Shown: piece after piece, positions 40,354 through 50,030 of the stretch
How positions within the stretch are numbered: the first letter of the stretch is position 1
Layout of the letters: every line of letters starts with the position of its first letter
NCBI GenBank assembly: GCA_963666205.1
Contig: OY762654.1
Location: 896,001 to 960,000, forward strand
DNA: 64,000 nt
DNA from: Synergistales bacterium
Lineage (GTDB): Bacteria; Synergistota; Synergistia; Synergistales; JAFGMB01
Reading direction: 5' to 3'
The notes under the pieces: model-generated
What the model was told of the DNA's origin: nothing
Databases searched by the model: none
Seen by the model: the letters and a program-made list of their open reading frames with translations, nothing else
Made by a program: the position numbers and the translations under genes

Positions 40354-41264
40354 CCCTCCTGATCCATCTCGAGAAGCTTAAGTTCGAGAATCTGCCCTGG
40401 GTCAAAACCAGCTATCTGCATGTAATAAGCTGCACTATCAAGAATAGCCCTGGCAGGAACCATGCCATAGATTTCAGTTTCCGCAACCTCTACACCCCAT
40501 CTCCTGGCTTCCATCCGTACCATTTCCAGCACACGATAGAGGGCATTCTTTTCATGGTCAACAACATTCATGCTTACCTGAACCAGTCCACGATCCTCCA
40601 GGGACAGCCCTATGCCCTTGACATGGCAAAGACCGCCACCTGAAGCCCTGACTGCTCTGGCAATGCTCTTCGCCACTTCAACATCGGAGGTTCTCAGGTT
40701 AATATTGAAGGCCACCAGAAATTTACGAGCTCCAATCACTGTAGCACCCGCTGTTGGATGCAGTCGAGGTTCTCCTATATCCGGGTGACGCTCCGAACGT
40801 ACGATTTCCTCCTTTAGAACTTCATACTGCCCCTTGCGGATCACCTCAAGTTTTTTACGCTCCGGGATGTAGGCGGAATCTTCGTAAAAATAGACTGGAA
40901 CACCTGTAACCTCATGAAATTTCTGACCGAAGCTTCGGGAAATTCCAACACATTCTTCCATGGTGACACCGCTTACGGGAGTAAAGGGGATCACATCCAC
41001 GGCTCCAATTCTTGGATGAGCACCCTGGTGATTATTCATATCAATGTTTTCTATTGCTATCTGACAGGCCTTCAACAGGGCTTCCTGAAGGGAATCCGGA
41101 TTACCGGCCAGGCTTACTACCAGTCTGTTGTGATCTTCATCAGCCCTGTAATCAAAAAGGTAACAATCTTTCCTGGATCGGAAGGGGGCAACTATAGCCT
41201 CAATAATGTCTTTTCTTCTACCTTCACTGAAGTTCGGTACACATTCTACTAAACCTCTGGACAT
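40350..41264 (-). CDS. ftcd: Glutamate formimidoyltransferase
   Basis: ECVPNFSEGR and HPRIGAVDVIPF motifs. Confidence 0.95.
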   Translation of the reverse strand: MSRGLVECVPNFSEGRRKDIIEAIVAPFRSRKDCYLFDYRADEDHNRLVVSLAGNPDSLQEALLKACQIAIENIDMNNHQGAHPRIGAVDVIPFTPVSGVTMEECVGISRSFGQKFHEVTGVPVYFYEDSAYIPERKKLEVIRKGQYEVLKEEIVRSERHPDIGEPRLHPTAGATVIGARKFLVAFNINLRTSDVEVAKSIARAVRASGGGLCHVKGIGLSLEDRGLVQVSMNVVDHEKNALYRVLEMVRMEARRWGVEVAETEIYGMVPARAILDSAAYYMQIAGFDPGQILELKLLEMDQEG

Positions 41265-41407
41265 GATTATTTATCCTCCTTACAAATGAAGCACTTCAAA
41301 TGATTGTTGCACTGGCTGACATAATATATGTTAGCACTTTTTCTGATCTACTGTCTGAAGGCACAGATCCAGGAGGAGAAATGTCCTGTACCCCTGGAAG
41401 TTCCTGT

Positions 41408-42943
41408 TCAGGAAAAATCACTTATCTCGCTCCGGACTGCCTGAAGGATCTTTCCCTCTTCCAACAGAACTTGCATTTCCTGTATCAGTGGGTACATGTA
41501 CTGATCTTTTTCAAGAAAGGGAACCCTTGACCGGATAGTATTGAACGCGGCTAATGTACCTTGACCCGGTTTAAGGGGAAAACTGAATTCCAGGGCCTGG
41601 CATGCCGTGAGAAACTCTATGGATAGAACCTTGGACAGGTTCGAGGTAATAGTTTGTGCTTTTCTGGCACTGTAGGCTCCCATGGAAACGTGATCTTCCT
41701 GGTTAGCCGAAGTAGGAATTGAATCCACTGATGAGGGATGAGCCAGGACTTTGTTTTCAGAAACAAGAGCAGCACAAGTATACTGGGGGATCATGAATCC
41801 GCTGTTAAGACCGCTATTCTTCATGAGGAATGGAGGAAGCCCTGAAAGCTTGGCATCTACCAGGCGAGCGACCCTTCTCTCTGAAATATTCGCCAACTCA
41901 GCTGCTGCTATCGCAAAGAAATCCATTGAAAGTGCTATGGGCTGTCCATGAAAATTCCCCCCGCTTAAAGACTCCCCATCTGAAGGGAATATCAGGGGAT
42001 TATCTGTAACAGAATTCATCTCCACCTCAAGAATACCCTTTATATAATTAAAAGCATCCCGGCTGGCTCCGTGAACCTGTGGAACACATCTGAGTGAATA
42101 GGCATCCTGAACTCTATCACGCTTATATTTTTCAATGATCTCACTATTTCTGATCAGTTTTCTTATATTTCCGGCTACTTTACGCTGCCCTTTATAGGGT
42201 CTCAGTTCGTGGGTCCTGTCATCGAAAGCATAGGGAACACCGTGAAGGGCTTCAAGGGATATTGCAGCACTGACATCTGCAAGGGCGGCAAGCTCCTGGA
42301 CATCCGCCAGGGCCAGAATGCTGACCCCTGCCATTGCTGCTGTTCCGTTATTAAGTGCAAGTCCTTCCTTTGGACCTAGTTCAACGGGTTCAAGACCTGC
42401 CTCATTCAAAGCCTTGCGGGCCGGCATTCTCTCTCCATGGAAAAAGACTTCCCCCACTCCGATGAGAGGAAGGGCAAGATGAGAAAGGGGGCAGAGATCC
42501 CCACTTGCACCGACAGATCCCTGGGAAGGAATTACAGGATGAATACCCATATTCAGAAAATTAACAAGCTGTATGACAGGAGAAGGGCTTATCCCGGAAA
42601 ACCCTCTGATAAGACTGTTAAGTCTTAACAACATTATTGAACGTACAACATCTTCGGGATATAGATCCCCGACTCCACAGGCATGGCTTTTAAGAAGATT
42701 TTCCTGAAGTAATCTGCTGTTCCGTGGAGATATGACTACAGAAGCCAGATCACCAAAACCAGTACTGACCCCATACACTATTTTGCCGGAATTTACCCAT
42801 TCCCTGACAATCCCGGAACCTCGTTCAACGAAGGCCAGAGCCGAAGGATCAAGTTCTACCTGACAGTTTTTTCTTGCTACCCTGATAACATCTTCCAGAT
42901 CCAGAGAATGTCCATTTAATAGTACCCTGTCGCTGTCATTCAT
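41408..42943 (-). CDS. hutH: Histidine ammonia-lyase
   Basis: YGVSTGFG, GASGDL (MIO), QDAYSLRC and GGNFHG motifs. Confidence 0.96.
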   Translation of the reverse strand: MNDSDRVLLNGHSLDLEDVIRVARKNCQVELDPSALAFVERGSGIVREWVNSGKIVYGVSTGFGDLASVVISPRNSRLLQENLLKSHACGVGDLYPEDVVRSIMLLRLNSLIRGFSGISPSPVIQLVNFLNMGIHPVIPSQGSVGASGDLCPLSHLALPLIGVGEVFFHGERMPARKALNEAGLEPVELGPKEGLALNNGTAAMAGVSILALADVQELAALADVSAAISLEALHGVPYAFDDRTHELRPYKGQRKVAGNIRKLIRNSEIIEKYKRDRVQDAYSLRCVPQVHGASRDAFNYIKGILEVEMNSVTDNPLIFPSDGESLSGGNFHGQPIALSMDFFAIAAAELANISERRVARLVDAKLSGLPPFLMKNSGLNSGFMIPQYTCAALVSENKVLAHPSSVDSIPTSANQEDHVSMGAYSARKAQTITSNLSKVLSIEFLTACQALEFSFPLKPGQGTLAAFNTIRSRVPFLEKDQYMYPLIQEMQVLLEEGKILQAVRSEISDFS

Positions 42944-42974
42944 TTTTCGATCACATCCTCCTGCTATGCTAGTT

Positions 42975-43028
42975 AGAATAAATAGAATTTTGCCTTCACT
43001 TTAGTGTACACCATAAAGTGAAGGCAAA
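42975..43028 (-). promoter_or_regulatory. Leader hairpin upstream of hutH (terminator-like and/or operator)
   Basis: 15-bp perfect arms 42989-43003 / 43014-43028, loop contains GTGTACAC, T-rich tail on the minus strand. Confidence 0.55.
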
Positions 43029-43147
43029 CAAGCGTTATGAACCAGATCAGGAATTCTTCCACATAAGATAGATGATTTTTGACTAAAAATCCGGCATATC
43101 TTCTGGAACTCAACATGGATCTTTCCAGATTCCCCGAATGCAGGATA

Positions 43148-43181
43148 GCTCAATATTTCTCTGTACAGAGAAATATTGAGC
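43148..43181. repeat. Perfect 34-bp palindrome
   Basis: GCTCAATATTTCTCTGT|ACAGAGAAATATTGAGC. Confidence 0.9.
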
Positions 43182-43233
43182 ACATAGTCCCAATATCCAT
43201 AATATAAAAGTCCCGTACGGTGACCTTGATTTT

Positions 43234-43785
43234 GTGCTATTCCTATTAAGGAGAAGCGTTATTTTAATAAAACAAAAAGGCAAGGAGTGGATTCCCATCA
43301 GGACAGGAAGAACAGGCTTTACCCTGATCGAGACGATGATAGTCATGATAATTATCGGCATCCTGGCCAGCATGTTGCTTCTTGCATCTTTCAGCGCCAC
43401 GACCAGGGCAGAAGCCACCAGACTCGTAAGCAACATGGAAAACCTGAGGGTTGGATGTGTGATGTATTACTGCGACAAAGAGGTATGGCCGGAGGATCTC
43501 TCCCAGCTTGCCGGAACAATGGATATCCAGTACAGTCCCGAAAAATGGGCTTCAATGGGATATGCTCTAACAGATTCAGACTCAGACCTCTGCTGTGTTA
43601 TTTGTGATGTTACAGGAATTTCAGAAGGCATAAGGAACAGTCTGGGCAGGATGGCACAGCAAAGCTGCATATTATATTCGCACACCAACGGAGCGATAAA
43701 CTCTAACCAGGATTTAGACCTGTACGCTGCACAGGATACCGGATACGTACTTATGGTGGTTTATAACAAATCCAGACATCAGTAG
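43234..43785 (+). CDS. Type IV pilin/pseudopilin-like protein
   Basis: G|FTLIE prepilin motif + hydrophobic helix; start uncertain. Confidence 0.85.
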   Translation: MLFLLRRSVILIKQKGKEWIPIRTGRTGFTLIETMIVMIIIGILASMLLLASFSATTRAEATRLVSNMENLRVGCVMYYCDKEVWPEDLSQLAGTMDIQYSPEKWASMGYALTDSDSDLCCVICDVTGISEGIRNSLGRMAQQSCILYSHTNGAINSNQDLDLYAAQDTGYVLMVVYNKSRHQ

Positions 43786-43874
43786 ATTCTTCCTTCTGTC
43801 CTGCCTGTCTACTTTAGATGGAACATATCAATAAAAAGTGCTTTCAGATCTTATACCTGGAGGAAAGAACTTTG

Positions 43875-44345
43875 ATGAAAAGGCAGAGAGGGTTCACCCT
43901 TATAGTTATTATTATTGTTATAGCGATCATGGGAATACTGTCTGTCAGACATATGACGGCAGTCTTTCAAGGGGAAGAAGAATCTCCCCGGGAAACAATT
44001 ACCCTTGCTTCCTCTATAAGAATAACGGGGGATCTTGAAGAACTTAAAACCGCAGTAAGCGCTTTCTACGTGGATAAAGGAAGATGGCCCGGGGATATAG
44101 AAGAAATTGCTGGAATTGTTGGCAGAAGGGATCTTTCACAAAGGGGATTCAGTTTATTCAAGACCGACAGCAGCCTGTATATCCTTGCTAAACTCCCTGA
44201 CGATCAACCTGCGCTCAGGGAAATTCTTTTATCGGAGGCTTCGAAAAAGGGACTCATGGGATGCATATCCGCAGAAGAACTTGAAAATTCAGACCCTGCC
44301 CCCTTTGATAGGTCACATCTCTATCTGGTGACAAAGGTACGATAG
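43875..44345 (+). CDS. Type IV pilin/pseudopilin-like protein (no Glu5)
   Basis: MKRQRG|FTLIV…, FYVDKGRWP. Confidence 0.8.
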   Translation: MKRQRGFTLIVIIIVIAIMGILSVRHMTAVFQGEEESPRETITLASSIRITGDLEELKTAVSAFYVDKGRWPGDIEEIAGIVGRRDLSQRGFSLFKTDSSLYILAKLPDDQPALREILLSEASKKGLMGCISAEELENSDPAPFDRSHLYLVTKVR

Positions 44346-44622
44346 CTTGAAATACCCATAACTTCCTCCCATGCTTTGCTTATTCGGCTATTACCTGATC
44401 TTGTTTGACATCTTCCCACTCCGGATAAAGGGTATAATAAAATTCAGTATAGATCTTTTCCTTCATTAAACATGAAAATACCTTTTCAATCCAGAAAATA
44501 ACCCGTTCCAGTTCTGAATTACAATGATGCCTGAAAATACTTTTCCATTTAATGTTTAAGCATCGGTAATACTCCCTTCTTTACGTAGAGATAGTATCCT
44601 TAACGAAAAGAGTTGATGCCAA

Positions 44623-45123
44623 TTGCTCAGTCCCACATGGGGTTATCTGACCTTGGATGAGACGATCCACAGGATCAATGATTTTCTGTCCAGGAAAAAA
44701 GAAGAGGACTATCGGTTTATAGTAGGAACGGACTCCCAGGTCTATCCTGACCTCAGGGTCGTTTTTATATCTGCCGTAATAGTGCACCGGATAGGGAAGG
44801 GGGCCATCTATTTTTATGACAGGGAACTGATAATCAAAAGATTCGCCCTTGAGGAAAGGATGTTCACGGAAGTGTCCCTGAGTCTGAAAATGGCTGGTGA
44901 TCTATTGAAGGCCATGGAAAGATCTCCTGAATTTATTTCATCCCATCTTCCCGAGATCGAGATCCATATCGATATTGGTAATAATGGACGAACCAGGGAA
45001 CTTGTCAGTTCGGTTGTTGGAATGGTCAGAGGAAGCGGGTTCGCATGTCAGACCAAACCTGACGCATGTGGAGCGAGTACCGTAGCGGACAGGCATACTA
45101 GAATCCAATCCATGGCCTATTGA
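44623..45123 (+). CDS. Ribonuclease H-like YkuK family protein
   Basis: IVGTDSQ, HRIGKG, EIHIDIG and KPDACGASTVAD motifs. Confidence 0.9.
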   Translation: MLSPTWGYLTLDETIHRINDFLSRKKEEDYRFIVGTDSQVYPDLRVVFISAVIVHRIGKGAIYFYDRELIIKRFALEERMFTEVSLSLKMAGDLLKAMERSPEFISSHLPEIEIHIDIGNNGRTRELVSSVVGMVRGSGFACQTKPDACGASTVADRHTRIQSMAY

Positions 45124-45305
45124 GCTCCCTTCTATTTCCATAGAGGATCACCTGCACCACCCTGCACTGAATTATGATTCCCCCTTGCAAAATAACTCGA
45201 CATGGTGTTACATTAGACAATTAGAATGATACTGTAGTATCTTGCCTGTCTAAACCTGGTGACTTTCTGAAACCCTGCAGAAAGGGGCAGGATAATGGTG
45301 GGGAG

Positions 45306-45953
45306 GTGAAGGATTTGTCTTATTCGTCTGAATCAAATCATAATATTCAGCTCTATGACAACTGGTTCAGTAATTATCCCTACGCATATGAGTCTGAACT
45401 AAGTCTTGTCAGAAGTCTACTTACCGATTTTGAGAAAGGATTGGAAATTGGTGTAGGAACGGGCAGATTCGCAGAAAGACTCGGGATAAGGATCGGACTT
45501 GAACCTTCCATTACCATGGCCGAAACAGCAAGAAGCCGGGGAATAAGGGTTGTGGAGGGCACAGCAGAAGCCATACCCTTTGAAAATAACAGCTTTGACT
45601 TTGTACTGATGATAAATGTGATATGTTTTATTTCAGATCTGGAAAAAGCCCTTGCAGAATCCTTAAGAGTTCTTGAACCGGGAGGGTTTCTCATTCTTGG
45701 TTTTATAGATGGGAAAAATCCTTCCGGACAAGCATACCAGGATGTCCGTTTCAAAGGACTTATGTGCAGGGAACCATGGTTCTACTCGGTAAGGGAGATC
45801 TCATACCTGCTCACTAAGACGGGCTTTGAAAACCTGGACTATGCACAGACCATATTTATGGATTTCCATAAAATGACAGAACCGGATAGAGTCAAGAAAG
45901 GATTCGGCGAAGGAGCCGTTATTGCGATACGGGCACAGAAGGAACTCGAATGA
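45306..45953 (+). CDS. Class I SAM-dependent methyltransferase
   Basis: LEIGVGTGRFA, AEAIPF and RVLEPGG motifs. Confidence 0.9.
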   Translation: MKDLSYSSESNHNIQLYDNWFSNYPYAYESELSLVRSLLTDFEKGLEIGVGTGRFAERLGIRIGLEPSITMAETARSRGIRVVEGTAEAIPFENNSFDFVLMINVICFISDLEKALAESLRVLEPGGFLILGFIDGKNPSGQAYQDVRFKGLMCREPWFYSVREISYLLTKTGFENLDYAQTIFMDFHKMTEPDRVKKGFGEGAVIAIRAQKELE

Positions 45954-45998
45954 ATCTATTTATTCAATTGTCACATCCGGACCATAGTCACAAAAGCT

Positions 45999-46043
45999 AA
46001 AAGAGCCGGGAATCTTCCCACGAAAGGATAGTCCGGCTCTTTT
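45999..46043. terminator. Bidirectional terminator
   Basis: AAAAGAGCCGG…CCGGCTCTTTT between convergent genes. Confidence 0.7.
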
Positions 46044-46086
46044 ATTATTTACAGGTAGTCCCGGAGAGGCATCTATCGATGAATAT

Positions 46087-47760
46087 TTACCCTTCCCGAT
46101 TAAGCTCACAGATCCTCTGGACAGCGTAGGAAAGCAAACCCGGGACTATTTCCAGACCTGAAGCAAGATCAAGTCTTTCGGTATTTTTGTGGCAATCCTT
46201 ACCTACAGGTCCAATATTCATAACAGGAATATCCAGGCAAAGCAGTTCTTCTACCGGAAGGCTGTATATCTTACCCCAACCCGGAGTATTTTCCACAATT
46301 GGTTCCAGGTCGTCCCTGTCTCCCTGGAAACCAACATAGCTGAGGTCCGTTATACCCTCAAAGACCTCTTCTATGGATATTTCCTGTTCATATCTATCTC
46401 TCGCGAAGTCCACCATCTCTTCTGCTGTTCTGATTATAACCAGTTCCCTCACTGACTTTCTACGATTGACACGATAAGGGTTATAGGGGGGCAGGAACCC
46501 GATAACAGCAAAGGGGCCTTTATAACCTGAAACATCTATCATCCAGTTAAGGATCGCTATACCCCTGTCCCTTTCATCATCCTCTTCGGAAAAGGAAGAA
46601 ATAAGATCATCAAGGGCGGTGAGATAGTTATCTCCCAATTTCCCCCTGGCCTTTTCCTCTATTTCCTGAACGGTGAAAACCTTCGGTTCTATCTCGTAAT
46701 CAGGTAGATTCTTCTGTCCCATCTGCCTGTAACAGCCTGCAGAATTCTTGAGATGAAGAAAAGTTCTTTCAAGGGCAAGGGAAGCAAGGGAATTCATTTC
46801 TTCCATTACCACAGCAGGAGTCTTGGATACGGTCAGACAATTGTAATAGGCAACAGCCCTCTCAGGCATAGTAACAGAATAGGAATCCCGAAGATCCTTG
46901 ATCTTGAGACATGTCTGGGGTGGAAATAATCTGTTCCCGAGCATATCTGAATAGGATGGATTACCCTCAATGAGTATATTGAGGTGGGACGCAATTAGAG
47001 AAGCGCTTATTCCCTCGAAATACTCTCCTACGTGTGATTCCTTTCCTACACAAAGATAAAAGGGCATTATTTTCCCGATTGAACCGGTGTAAATACTTCC
47101 TGAACCCACCTTGTCTATGGTAACAGTAGGCTCCGTATTTATGCAGGCAAGCAGATCAAGACCCATTTCCTCCTGAAAACCGGCTATATACGGAACGGCC
47201 CCCCTCATTCCTGCGGAAGTATTCTCTTCATCCGGTACTGCAAGAAAAAGCAGATTGCCTTTCAGATCCTCTCTTTTCCTGGAAAAATCAGCAATAAGGG
47301 CCATTTCCATGGCTATTCCGGCTTTCATGTCGGCAACACCTCTTCCAAAAAGGTAGTTGCCGCTTTCAAGATCCAGTCTGGCCTCTTCTGAAATAGGCAT
47401 TTCACCTATCCTTCGGGTATACTCTTCGGGATCAAAGGCAATATCCCTGAGAGGACCGCATACGTCAACATCAACAACATCAAAATGACCTGTTACGATA
47501 ACAGTTTTTCTTGTTTCCGGAACAGCCCTGACAAGAGCTGTTACTATATTACGACCCAGGTGATCACCTTCAATAGGGAGTAGTTGAAGATCTTCAGGAT
47601 GATCTCTGAAATAATCAAGTTCAGAGAGCCTGTTGTATATCATTGCTGCAGCCAGATTTTCTCCTTCCGGTGATGCCGAGATACTGGGAACTGAACATAG
47701 TTCAATTAATAGTCTGTAAATACCATCCCTGTTGTATTGGATCAAAATATCTCCCTCCAC
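46087..47760 (-). CDS. rocB: M20 family metallohydrolase, RocB-like
   Basis: GHFDVV, GRGVADMK, PDEE, GSIGK, GITDLSY and GKDCHK motifs. Confidence 0.85.
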   Translation of the reverse strand: MEGDILIQYNRDGIYRLLIELCSVPSISASPEGENLAAAMIYNRLSELDYFRDHPEDLQLLPIEGDHLGRNIVTALVRAVPETRKTVIVTGHFDVVDVDVCGPLRDIAFDPEEYTRRIGEMPISEEARLDLESGNYLFGRGVADMKAGIAMEMALIADFSRKREDLKGNLLFLAVPDEENTSAGMRGAVPYIAGFQEEMGLDLLACINTEPTVTIDKVGSGSIYTGSIGKIMPFYLCVGKESHVGEYFEGISASLIASHLNILIEGNPSYSDMLGNRLFPPQTCLKIKDLRDSYSVTMPERAVAYYNCLTVSKTPAVVMEEMNSLASLALERTFLHLKNSAGCYRQMGQKNLPDYEIEPKVFTVQEIEEKARGKLGDNYLTALDDLISSFSEEDDERDRGIAILNWMIDVSGYKGPFAVIGFLPPYNPYRVNRRKSVRELVIIRTAEEMVDFARDRYEQEISIEEVFEGITDLSYVGFQGDRDDLEPIVENTPGWGKIYSLPVEELLCLDIPVMNIGPVGKDCHKNTERLDLASGLEIVPGLLSYAVQRICELNREG

Positions 47761-47863
47761 TCAGTTTTTCAGAAAGTAATCGATCTCCATGAAACTGATG
47801 GCAGATCTGGGTCCGATTGTATCATTTTAGAGGTGAGATAGTAGAAGCGGGGTCATCATAAGA

Positions 47864-48910
47864 TCAGATAATACTCATTAAGCCAGGAATGGCCAATTCC
47901 AGGATTGAGATGGAACTCGAATATTCATTCAGATCTATTCTTTCCTGATCAGTATGGTCAAGGTGACTGTCTCCCGGACCATAGGCTGCCATAGGACAGT
48001 TCCATGCCGCAGCAAGGTTGAAATCCGCGGTTCCACCCTTTGCAAGCAACCTTGGTTTGAATCCGGATTTTCTTATTCCCACCCTGAAAGCTCTTATCAC
48101 CGGGTCACTGGTTGGAACGACATGGGCCTTTATCGCAGAGCGGACTTCTGCTTCGACTCCCCACTTTATGGCATATTTCCTGGCTATTTCGATCCATCTA
48201 TCGGGATCTGTGCCAACAGGAAGCCTGATATCAAGATCTATACAGGCAGAACGACCCACATTTTCTCTTCCCTCCATAAAAGCAACTGCTCCACTGGTCC
48301 GTTCTATGATCGGTTTATCGCGGATATCCACCAATTCAATACTTTTCAGAATTTCTGCCGATGCCAGAAGACAACCAGTAAGAGGTCCTGCATCTCCACT
48401 GCGGTGAGCACCCCCATCTTCTCCTTTGATCCACATTCTGAGGCTTCCCCGGTATCCAAGGGTGACTCCGTCATAACCGGAAGGTTCGCCGATAATACAG
48501 GCAGCAGGAGAATGGAGGGGTATTCTGAAACGGGCTCCCATGGAATCTGTTTCCTCTCTTACAGCAGCGATTAAGGTCAACCTCCAGTCTTCAGGCACAT
48601 CTATCTTTCCTCCTGCTACTGCTAACGAACAGAGTGGCCCCTTCGCGTCCACCGATCCTCTACCCCAAAGGACATTCCCATCAAGTTTAAAGAGAGGACC
48701 TCCCGGAACAGTGTCAACGTGACAAAGAAGGACGAGCTCCTTTTCCCCCTTCCCCTTTCCGGCTACAAGATTTCCTGCATCATCAATGAATGCCGAATCC
48801 CAACCAAAACCGGGTAGGGTTTCAGCAAGATATTTGACAGCTTCTCCTTCTTTTCCGCTTATGCTCTGGATACCCACGAGGTTAACCAGAAAAGCTTCAT
48901 TGGTCGTCAT
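47864..48910 (-). CDS. lysK: [LysW]-lysine/ornithine hydrolase
   Basis: HVDTVPG, GRGSVDAKG and YGPGDSHLDHT motifs; cluster context. Confidence 0.88.
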   Translation of the reverse strand: MTTNEAFLVNLVGIQSISGKEGEAVKYLAETLPGFGWDSAFIDDAGNLVAGKGKGEKELVLLCHVDTVPGGPLFKLDGNVLWGRGSVDAKGPLCSLAVAGGKIDVPEDWRLTLIAAVREETDSMGARFRIPLHSPAACIIGEPSGYDGVTLGYRGSLRMWIKGEDGGAHRSGDAGPLTGCLLASAEILKSIELVDIRDKPIIERTSGAVAFMEGRENVGRSACIDLDIRLPVGTDPDRWIEIARKYAIKWGVEAEVRSAIKAHVVPTSDPVIRAFRVGIRKSGFKPRLLAKGGTADFNLAAAWNCPMAAYGPGDSHLDHTDQERIDLNEYSSSISILELAIPGLMSII

Positions 48911-50030
48911 TCCATATCACTTCCAGAGTTTCTGCAAGTACAGATATGACTGTGTCATAATCTTCTTTTCCAGCAGTAAAGGGAGGCATAAATCGAAGGA
49001 CCATGGGACCTGCCGGAAGGGCCAGGACACCCTTCTGCTGAAGGATGGACACAACCTGGCTGGCCTTGACCGAAAGCTCGATCCCCGTAAGGATACCCTG
49101 TCCCCGAACCTCCCGAATTAATGGGTTTTTTAATTGTTTAAGGGCTGAGCGGAATTTACTTCCGTCTTCTATTGCCTTAGCTGGAAAGTTTTCTTCCAGG
49201 AGAAGATCAAGGGCTGCAAGACCCACTGCTGAAACAAGGGGATTACCACCATATGTTGACCCATGTCCCTTGGCAGGAAAATCGCCAATTTCACCCTTCC
49301 ATATGGTTACTCCTACAGGAAGACCTCCCGCAACACCTTTTGCGAGGCAGACAATGTGTGGATCCATTCCTGTCAATGAACTGGCAAGAACATGTCCACA
49401 GCGCCCCCAACCACACTGGATCTCGTCAGCTATAAGAAGAGATCCATTCTCCCTGCAGGCAAGGTTGATCCGCTGTGCCAGTTCCTTTCCCAGAGAATAC
49501 ACTCCACCCTCTCCCTGGACAGGTTCCACAAAGACTGCCGCAGTATCCTGGTCTATCGAAGCAGGAAGATCTTCCGGGGAAACATGAAGGACTGATGGCA
49601 ATATATCTTTCCAGTATTTTTTATACTGAGGATTAAAGGTCAGAGACAGGGCACCAAGGGTCCTTCCATGGAAACCCCTCCTCAGGGCTATGATCTTTGT
49701 TCTTCCCGGTTTCAAAGCTACTGCAAGCTTGAGGGCCGCTTCGATCGCCTCTGCTCCGCTGTTACCCAGATAAACACGCCCTTCCGGAAGGAGTCCTCCC
49801 AGTCTTAACCTGAATTTCTCCCTGGCAGGTGAATTAAATCCGGCTCCAAGTGTCCAGGGATAATGTGAAGCTCTTTCCAGAGCTTTTACCAGTACTGGAT
49901 GGGAATGTCCGAAAAGAGCCGCTCCATGACCGCACATGAAGTCAATATATTTTCTGCCATCCCTGTCCCAGACAAGAGCCCCCTTCCCACCAGCTATTTC
50001 CAGTTTTCTGGATCCATAAATCAATGACAT
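48897..50030 (-). CDS. lysJ: [LysW]-aminoadipate/glutamate semialdehyde aminotransferase
   Basis: NSGAEA, FHGRT, EPVQGEGG and DEIQ motifs; cluster context. Confidence 0.88.
   Translation of the reverse strand: MSLIYGSRKLEIAGGKGALVWDRDGRKYIDFMCGHGAALFGHSHPVLVKALERASHYPWTLGAGFNSPAREKFRLRLGGLLPEGRVYLGNSGAEAIEAALKLAVALKPGRTKIIALRRGFHGRTLGALSLTFNPQYKKYWKDILPSVLHVSPEDLPASIDQDTAAVFVEPVQGEGGVYSLGKELAQRINLACRENGSLLIADEIQCGWGRCGHVLASSLTGMDPHIVCLAKGVAGGLPVGVTIWKGEIGDFPAKGHGSTYGGNPLVSAVGLAALDLLLEENFPAKAIEDGSKFRSALKQLKNPLIREVRGQGILTGIELSVKASQVVSILQQKGVLALPAGPMVLRFMPPFTAGKEDYDTVISVLAETLEVIWNDDQ

Noticed and set aside
41265-41407. TTAGCACT / AGTGC repeats between hutH and ftcd (CIRCE or ANTAR-like?)
   Set aside because: Only a half-site; no matching inverted arm or paired ANTAR hairpins
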